DNA from: a virus | Taxonomy: Duplodnaviria > Heunggongvirae > Uroviricota > Caudoviricetes | Direction: 5' to 3' (one strand) | Virus record (IMG/VR): IMGVR_UViG_2645727676_000009 | DNA length: 4,385 bases | Shown here: positions 1 through 4,385 of the stretch, piece after piece | Layout: each line of letters opens with the position of its first letter | Numbering within the stretch: the stretch's first letter is position 1 | Position numbers and translations under genes: made by a program | Notes under the pieces: generated by a model | What the model saw: only the letters and a program-made list of their open reading frames with translations | What the model was told of the DNA's origin: nothing | Databases searched by the model: none

Positions 1-314
1 GAGCCACCCTTGCAGCATGGGGGGCAGCCATTGGGGCCGGTGGTATGACCGGCATCCTGTTTTCTCTCGGTGCCAGTATGGTGCTCGGTGGTGTGGCGCA
101 GATGCTGGCACCGAAAGCCAGAACTCCCCGTACACAGACAACGGATAACGGTAAGCAGAACACCTATTTCTCCTCACTGGATAACATGGTTGCCCAGGGC
201 AATGTTCTGCCTGTTCTGTACGGGGAAATGCGCGTGGGGTCTCGCGTGGTTTCTCAGGAGATCAGCACGGCAGACGAAGGGGATGGTGGTCAGGTTGTGG
301 TGATTGGTCGCTGA
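1..314 (+). CDS. I: Phage tail assembly protein I (lambda gpI-like), 3' fragment; the 5' end lies upstream of the window. Reading frame is phase 3 (first full codon at position 3); stop TGA at 312-314.
   Basis: Open frame runs from the window edge to the stop at 312-314 (the track lists only the internal Met at 45). Translation ends ...SQEISTADEGDGGQVVVIGR, which matches my recollection of the lambda gpI C-terminus. Sits immediately upstream of J, as in lambda. Confidence 0.8.
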   Translation, partial: ATLAAWGAAIGAGGMTGILFSLGASMVLGGVAQMLAPKARTPRTQTTDNGKQNTYFSSLDNMVAQGNVLPVLYGEMRVGSRVVSQEISTADEGDGGQVVVIGR

Positions 315-334
315 TGAAAAACGTTTATGTGAAA

Positions 335-352
335 CCGCCTCCGGGCGGTTTT
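335..352 (+). terminator. Short GC hairpin plus T-tract in the I-J intergenic spacer: CCGCC(335-339)-TCCG-GGCGG(344-348) followed by TTTT (349-352). Possible weak intrinsic terminator or attenuator, or an mRNA-stabilising stem-loop.
   Basis: Inverted repeat read directly from the sequence, with a T-run immediately 3' and AAA immediately 5'. The stem is only 5 bp, and it lies inside a late operon that is normally read through. Confidence 0.35.
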
Positions 353-361
353 GTCGTTTAT

Positions 362-365
362 GGAG
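362..365 (+). promoter_or_regulatory. Shine-Dalgarno (GGAG) for J, 8 nt upstream of the ATG at 374.
   Basis: GGAG at 362-365, spacer 366-373, ATG at 374-376. Confidence 0.5.
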
Positions 366-373
366 CGTGAGGA

Positions 374-3300
374 ATGGGTAAAGGCAGCAGTAAGGGGCAT
401 ACTCCGCGCGAAGCGAAGGACAACCTGAAGTCCACGCAGTTGCTGAGTGTGATCGATGCCATCAGCGAAGGGCCGATTGAAGGTCCGGTGGATGGATTAA
501 AAAGCGTGCTGCTGAACAGTACGCCAGTGCTGGACAGTGAGGGGAATACCAACATCTCCGGCGTCACGGTGGTGTTCCGTGCCGGTGAGCAGGAGCAGAC
601 ACCGCCGGAGGGGTTTGAATCCTCCGGCTCCGAGACGGTGCTGGGTACGGAAGTGAAATATGACACGCCGATCACCCGCACCATTACGTCTGCAAACATC
701 GACCGTCTGCGCTTTACCTTCGGCGTGCAGGCACTGGTGGAAACCACCTCAAAGGGGGACCGGAATCCGTCGGAAGTCCGCCTGCTGGTTCAGATCCAGC
801 GTAATGGTGGCTGGGTGACGGAAAAAGACATCACCATTAAGGGCAAAACCACCTCGCAGTATCTGGCCTCGGTGGTGGTGGGTAACCTGCCGCCGCGCCC
901 GTTCAATATACGGATGCGCAGGATGACGCCGGACAGCACCACAGACCAGCTGCAGAACAAAACGCTCTGGTCGTCATACACCGAAATCATCGATGTGAAA
1001 CAGTGCTACCCGAACACGGCACTGGTCGGCGTGCAGGTGGATTCGGAGCAGTTCGGCAGCCAGCAGGTGAGCCGTAATTATCATCTGCGCGGGCGCATTC
1101 TGCAGGTGCCGTCGAACTATAACCCGCAGACGCGGCAATACAGCGGTATCTGGGACGGAACGTTTAAACCGGCATACAGCAACAACATGGCCTGGTGTCT
1201 GTGGGATATGCTGACCCATCCGCGCTACGGCATGGGGAAACGTCTTGGTGCGGCGGATGTGGATAAATGGGCGCTGTATGTCATCGGCCAGAATTGCGAC
1301 CAGTCGGTGCCGGACGGCTTTGGCGGCACGGAGCCGCGCATCACCTGTAATGCCTGGCTGACCACACAGCGCAAGGCGTGGGATGTGCTCAGTGATTTCT
1401 GCTCGGCGATGCGCTGTATGCCGATATGGAACGGGCAGACGCTGACGTTCGTGCAGGACCGACCATCAGATAAGGTGTGGACCTATAACCGCAGTAATGT
1501 GGTGATGCCGGATGATGGCGCGCCGTTCCGCTACAGCTTCAGCGCCCTGAAGGACCGCCATAATGCCGTTGAGGTGAACTGGATTGACCCGGATAACGGC
1601 TGGGAGACGGCGACAGAGCTTGTGGAGGACACGCAGGCCATTGCCCGTTACGGTCGTAACGTCACGAAGATGGATGCCTTTGGCTGTACCAGTCGGGGGC
1701 AGGCGCACCGCGCCGGGCTGTGGCTGATTAAAACGGAACTGCTGGAAACGCAGACCGTGGACTTCAGCGTGGGTGCGGAAGGGCTTCGCCATGTACCGGG
1801 GGATGTCATTGAAATCTGCGATGATGACTATGCGGGTATCAGCACCGGCGGGCGCGTGCTGGCGGTGAACAGCCAGACCCGGACGCTGACGCTCGACCGT
1901 GAAATCACGCTGCCATCCTCCGGTACCACGCTGATAAGCCTGGTTGACGGAAGTGGCAATCCGGTCAGCGTGGAGGTCCAGTCCGTCACCGACGGCGTGA
2001 AGGTAAAAGTGAGCCGTGTTCCTGACGGCGTTGCCGGATACAGCGTGTGGGGGCTGAAGCTGCCGACGCTGCGCCAGCGACTGTTCCGCTGCGTGAGTAT
2101 CCGTGAGAACGACGACGGCACGTATGCCATCACCGCCGTGCAGCATGTGCCGGAAAAAGAGGCCATCGTGGATAACGGGGCGCACTTTGACGGCGACCAG
2201 AGCGGCACGGTGAATGGTGTCACGCCGCCAGCGGTGCAGCACCTGACTGCCGAAGTCACCGCAGACAGCGGGGAATATCAGGTGCTGGCGCGCTGGGACA
2301 CACCGAAGGTGGTGAAGGGCGTGAGCTTCCTGCTCCGTCTGACCGTAACAGCGGACGACGGCAGTGAGCGGCTGGTCAGCACGGCCCGGACGACGGAAAC
2401 CACATACCGCTTCACACAACTGGCGTTGGGGAACTACAGGCTGACAGTCCGGGCGGTAAATGCGTGGGGACAGCAGGGCGATCCGGCATCGGTATCGTTC
2501 CGGATTGCCGCACCGGCAGCGCCGTCTCGGATTGAGCTGACACCGGGCTATTTTCAGATAACCGCCACGCCGCATCTTGCGGTTTATGACCCGACGGTAC
2601 AGTTTGAGTTCTGGTTCTCGGAAAAACGGATTGCGGATATCAGGCAGGTTGAAACCACAGCCCGCTATCTTGGTACGGCGCTGTACTGGATAGCCGCCAG
2701 TATCAATATCAAACCGGGCCATGATTATTACTTTTATATCCGCAGTGTGAACACCGTTGGCAAATCGGCATTCGTGGAGGCCGTCGGTCGGGCGAGCGAT
2801 GATGCGGAAGGTTACCTGGATTTTTTCAAAGGCAAGATAACCGAATCCCATCTCGGCAAGGAGCTGCTGGAAAAAGTCGAGCTGACGGAGGATAACGCCA
2901 GCAGACTGGAGGAGTTTTCGAAAGAGTGGAAGGACGCCAACGATAAGTGGAATGCCATGTGGGCTGTCAAAATTGAGCAGACCAAAGACGGCAAACATTA
3001 TGTCGCGGGTATTGGCCTCAGCATGGAGGACACGGAGGAAGGCAAACTGAGTCAGTTTCTGGTTGCCGCTAACCGTATCGCATTTATTGACCCGGCAAAC
3101 GGGAATGAAACGCCGATGTTTGTGGCGCAGGGCAATCAGATATTCATGAACGACGTGTTCCTGAAGCGCCTGACGGCCCCCACCATTACCAGCGGTGGCA
3201 GTCCTCCGGTATTTTCCCTGACATCAGACGGAAAGCTGACCGCTAAAAATGCGGATATCAGTGGTAGTGTGAATGCGAACTCAGGAACGCTCAACAATGT

Positions 3301-3787
3301 CACGATTAACCAGAACTGTACGATTAAGGGCATGCTGGAGGCGACCCAGGTCAGAGGGGATTTCGTTAAAGCTGTATCAAAAGCCTTCCCGAAAAAAGTC
3401 GGTACGTGGGGTAACACGGAAACACCAAACGGGACGGTTACAGTCACCATCAGCGATGATCATAACTTTGACCGCCAGATTATTATTCCGCCCATTATTT
3501 TTAACGGTATAGCGTATGACGATCCGGGGAGCGGAAATAACCCAGGAGGCACGCGATACACGGGTTATGGTTTTGAAGTTCGCAAAAACGGCGTATTAAT
3601 CGCATCCAGAGAAACTAAAGGGGCCATTCCCGGTAGTTACAGTGCAGTTATTGATATGCCTAGTGGTGGTGGTAGCGTCACTCTGGAGTTTAAGATTTTC
3701 CAGAAAGGCAATCAGGGGGCAGGCAATATCACCGACTGTACGGTGATTGTGACCAAAAAAGCGGCTTCCGGCATCAGTATTCGTTGA
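374..3787 (+). CDS. J: Host specificity protein J / central tail fibre (tail tip attachment protein), lambda gpJ family, 1137 aa.
   Basis: Single uninterrupted ORF with SD and ATG. The N-terminus [38 protein letters not shown]... and most of the length match lambda gpJ as I remember it (lambda J is about 1132 aa). Position between I and lom fits. Coding-like codon usage throughout. Confidence 0.95.
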   Translation: MGKGSSKGHTPREAKDNLKSTQLLSVIDAISEGPIEGPVDGLKSVLLNSTPVLDSEGNTNISGVTVVFRAGEQEQTPPEGFESSGSETVLGTEVKYDTPITRTITSANIDRLRFTFGVQALVETTSKGDRNPSEVRLLVQIQRNGGWVTEKDITIKGKTTSQYLASVVVGNLPPRPFNIRMRRMTPDSTTDQLQNKTLWSSYTEIIDVKQCYPNTALVGVQVDSEQFGSQQVSRNYHLRGRILQVPSNYNPQTRQYSGIWDGTFKPAYSNNMAWCLWDMLTHPRYGMGKRLGAADVDKWALYVIGQNCDQSVPDGFGGTEPRITCNAWLTTQRKAWDVLSDFCSAMRCMPIWNGQTLTFVQDRPSDKVWTYNRSNVVMPDDGAPFRYSFSALKDRHNAVEVNWIDPDNGWETATELVEDTQAIARYGRNVTKMDAFGCTSRGQAHRAGLWLIKTELLETQTVDFSVGAEGLRHVPGDVIEICDDDYAGISTGGRVLAVNSQTRTLTLDREITLPSSGTTLISLVDGSGNPVSVEVQSVTDGVKVKVSRVPDGVAGYSVWGLKLPTLRQRLFRCVSIRENDDGTYAITAVQHVPEKEAIVDNGAHFDGDQSGTVNGVTPPAVQHLTAEVTADSGEYQVLARWDTPKVVKGVSFLLRLTVTADDGSERLVSTARTTETTYRFTQLALGNYRLTVRAVNAWGQQGDPASVSFRIAAPAAPSRIELTPGYFQITATPHLAVYDPTVQFEFWFSEKRIADIRQVETTARYLGTALYWIAASINIKPGHDYYFYIRSVNTVGKSAFVEAVGRASDDAEGYLDFFKGKITESHLGKELLEKVELTEDNASRLEEFSKEWKDANDKWNAMWAVKIEQTKDGKHYVAGIGLSMEDTEEGKLSQFLVAANRIAFIDPANGNETPMFVAQGNQIFMNDVFLKRLTAPTITSGGSPPVFSLTSDGKLTAKNADISGSVNANSGTLNNVTINQNCTIKGMLEATQVRGDFVKAVSKAFPKKVGTWGNTETPNGTVTVTISDDHNFDRQIIIPPIIFNGIAYDDPGSGNNPGGTRYTGYGFEVRKNGVLIASRETKGAIPGSYSAVIDMPSGGGSVTLEFKIFQKGNQGAGNITDCTVIVTKKAASGISIR
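2222..2788 (+). other. Central region of J predicted to contain tandem fibronectin type III-like (Ig-like beta-sandwich) domains (about aa 617-805).
   Basis: Two consecutive segments of about 95 aa with FN3-like features, e.g. [11 protein letters not shown]...[10 protein letters not shown]...[32 protein letters not shown] and [17 protein letters not shown]...[18 protein letters not shown]3 repeats are known in lambda-type J proteins. Boundaries are approximate and not profile-verified. Confidence 0.4.
3299..3787 (+). other. C-terminal receptor-binding region of J (about the last 160 aa), apparently divergent from canonical lambda gpJ.
   Basis: In lambda the C-terminal about 150 aa of gpJ bind the receptor LamB and carry the host-range mutations. 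This segment (…[77 protein letters not shown]…[15 protein letters not shown]) resembles what I recall for lambda only at its very end (lambda ends roughly …VMVIKKQALGISVV). GC is lower here (about 42-50% per 60 nt) than in the middle of J (about 55-60%). Confidence 0.5.
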
Positions 3788-3809
3788 AATATTTATAACC
3801 CCAATAAAT

Positions 3810-3836
3810 GGCGTCAGGAATGACGCCTTTTTTATT
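3810..3836 (+). terminator. Rho-independent terminator downstream of J: perfect 7-bp stem GGCGTCA(3810-3816), loop GGAA, TGACGCC(3821-3827), followed by TTTTTTATT.
   Basis: Perfect inverted repeat with 4-nt loop and a run of 6 T immediately 3', read directly from the sequence, 23 nt after the J stop codon. Confidence 0.7.
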
Positions 3837-3846
3837 GCAGAAAAGC

Positions 3847-3852
3847 GAGAGG
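3847..3852 (+). promoter_or_regulatory. Shine-Dalgarno (GAGAGG) for lom, 5 nt upstream of the ATG at 3858.
   Basis: GAGAGG at 3847-3852, spacer TAATT, ATG at 3858-3860. Confidence 0.5.
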
Positions 3853-3857
3853 TAATT

Positions 3858-3929
3858 ATGCGTAAAGTTTGTGCAGCCATTTTGTCCGCAGCCATTTGTC
3901 TGGCCGTATCCGGTGCGCCTGCATGGGCG
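3858..3929 (+). other. Predicted Sec signal peptide of Lom (24 aa, cleavage after A-W-A).
   Basis: Positive N-region (MRK), hydrophobic core (VCAAILSAAICLAV), AXA-type cleavage motif (AWA) followed by SEHQ. Confidence 0.6.
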
Positions 3930-4385
3930 TCTGAACATCAGTCCACGCTGAGCGCGGGGTATCTTCATGCCCGGACCAACGTTCCCGGCAGTGATGATCT
4001 TAACGGGATTAACGTGAAATACCGTTATGAGTTTACGGATACGCTGGGGCTGGTGACGTCATTCAGCTATGCAGGAGACAAGAATCGCCAGCTGACCCGT
4101 TACAGCGATACCCGCTGGCATGAAGATTCCGTGCGTAACCGCTGGTTCAGCGTGATGGCGGGGCCGTCTGTGCGCGTGAATGAATTGTTCAGCGCGTATG
4201 CGATGGCGGGTGTGTCTTACAGCCGTGTGTCGACTTTCTCCGGAGATTATCTGCAGGTGACCGACAACAAGGGGAAAACGCATGATGTGCTGACCGGAAG
4301 TGATGACGGTCGCCACAGCAACACGTCTCTGGCGTGGGGAGCTGGCGTGCAGTTTAACCCGACCGAATCCGTGGCCATTGATATT
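3858..4385 (+). CDS. lom: Outer membrane protein Lom (Ail/Lom/PagC family 8-stranded beta-barrel; phage-encoded lysogenic-conversion moron), 5' portion; 176 codons in the window, 3' end beyond the window.
   Basis: ATG with SD; the ORF is open to the window end, which is why it is absent from the stop-delimited ORF track. Translation MRKVCAAILSAAICLAVSGAPAWA|SEHQSTLSAGYLHARTNVPGSDDLNGINVKYRYEFTDTLGLVTSFSYAGDKNRQ... has a typical Sec signal peptide with an AWA-S cleavage site and alternating aromatic/hydrophobic beta-strand patterns. It matches lambda Lom as I remember it, and lies immediately downstream of J as in lambda. Confidence 0.9.
   Translation, partial: MRKVCAAILSAAICLAVSGAPAWASEHQSTLSAGYLHARTNVPGSDDLNGINVKYRYEFTDTLGLVTSFSYAGDKNRQLTRYSDTRWHEDSVRNRWFSVMAGPSVRVNELFSAYAMAGVSYSRVSTFSGDYLQVTDNKGKTHDVLTGSDDGRHSNTSLAWGAGVQFNPTESVAIDI

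Noticed and set aside
70-303. Plus-strand 77-aa ORF overlapping the gene I frame
   Set aside because: Alternate frame within the gpI coding region. Trp/Arg/Cys-rich translation typical of an out-of-frame read. The gpI frame has the recognisable conserved C-terminus.
358-1219. Minus-strand ORFs 358..747 (129 aa), 790..990 (66 aa) and 974..1219 (81 aa)
   Set aside because: All overlap the 5' part of J in antisense. Compositionally biased, no ribosome-binding sites, no recognisable domains.
1466-2998. 510-aa ORF on the minus strand, entirely inside J
   Set aside because: Fully antisense to a strongly supported, lambda-like J coding frame. The translation is Arg/His/Pro/Cys-rich and low in complexity, as is typical of antisense frames of GC-rich genes. 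There is no SD or promoter context and no recognisable motifs. Long stop-free antisense frames are expected by chance opposite a codon-biased gene.
3353-3361. RGD tripeptide in the J C-terminal domain (QVRGDF)
   Set aside because: RGD is an integrin-binding motif in eukaryotic contexts. A single tripeptide occurs frequently by chance and has no established role in phage receptor binding; not supportable as functional.
1828-3450. Minus-strand ORFs 1828..2259 (143 aa), 2812..2994 (60 aa) and 3136..3450 (104 aa)
   Set aside because: Antisense to J. Ser/Thr/Pro-rich low-complexity translations typical of non-coding frames.
3273-3512. Plus-strand 79-aa ORF in an alternate frame within the J 3' region
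   Set aside because: Out of frame with J, Arg-rich, no SD. Nothing in the sequence suggests a programmed frameshift (no slippery heptamer or pseudoknot noticed).
3661-3675. Short GGT trinucleotide run (GTGGTGGTGGTAGC) encoding SGGGS
   Set aside because: Only three repeat units; encodes a glycine-rich loop. Too short to be a meaningful simple-sequence contingency locus.
3784-3812. Candidate sigma70 promoter for lom (TTGAAA at 3784-3789 as -35; TATAAC at 3794-3799 as -10)
   Set aside because: The two hexamers are not correctly spaced relative to each other (only 4 nt apart), and neither has a decent partner hexamer at 16-18 bp. Not reportable as a feature without transcript mapping.
3596-3968. 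Minus-strand ORFs 3596..3895 (99 aa) and 3774..3968 (64 aa), spanning the J 3' end, the terminator and the lom 5' end
   Set aside because: They run antisense across the J stop, the intrinsic terminator hairpin and the lom signal-peptide region, an implausible arrangement for a real gene. No SD, no conserved features.
4059-4316. Minus-strand ORF of 85 aa inside lom
   Set aside because: Antisense to the well-supported lom frame. His/Arg-rich, no start context.
1-4385. Looked for CRISPR repeats, tRNA/rRNA, IS terminal inverted repeats, att-like direct repeats, DGR template/variable repeats and Chi sites (GCTGGTGG)
   Set aside because: None found by eye: no periodic direct repeats, no cloverleaf-like segments, no reverse-transcriptase ORF or duplicated segment of J 3' sequence within the window, and no exact Chi octamer on either strand in the stretches I scanned.

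Overview
This window is the distal tail-morphogenesis segment of a lambda-like (lambdoid) phage or prophage, all on the + strand: the 3' end of tail assembly gene I, a complete 1137-aa host-specificity/central tail fibre gene J, and the 5' part of the lom outer-membrane-protein moron. The gene order I-J-lom and the protein sequences match what I recall of coliphage lambda, so the host is probably an Enterobacteriaceae chromosome or a lambdoid phage genome. Two hairpin plus T-tract structures sit in the short intergenic gaps (I/J and J/lom). All minus-strand and out-of-frame ORFs in the supplied track lie inside J, I or lom and look like antisense/overlap artefacts. I see no CRISPR array, tRNA, insertion sequence, toxin-antitoxin pair or novel defence or other system here, despite the prompt; the most interesting biology is the C-terminal receptor-binding part of J, which looks divergent and somewhat AT-richer than the rest of the gene, and the lom lysogenic-conversion gene. 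Similarity statements come from memory of lambda proteins, not from a database search.
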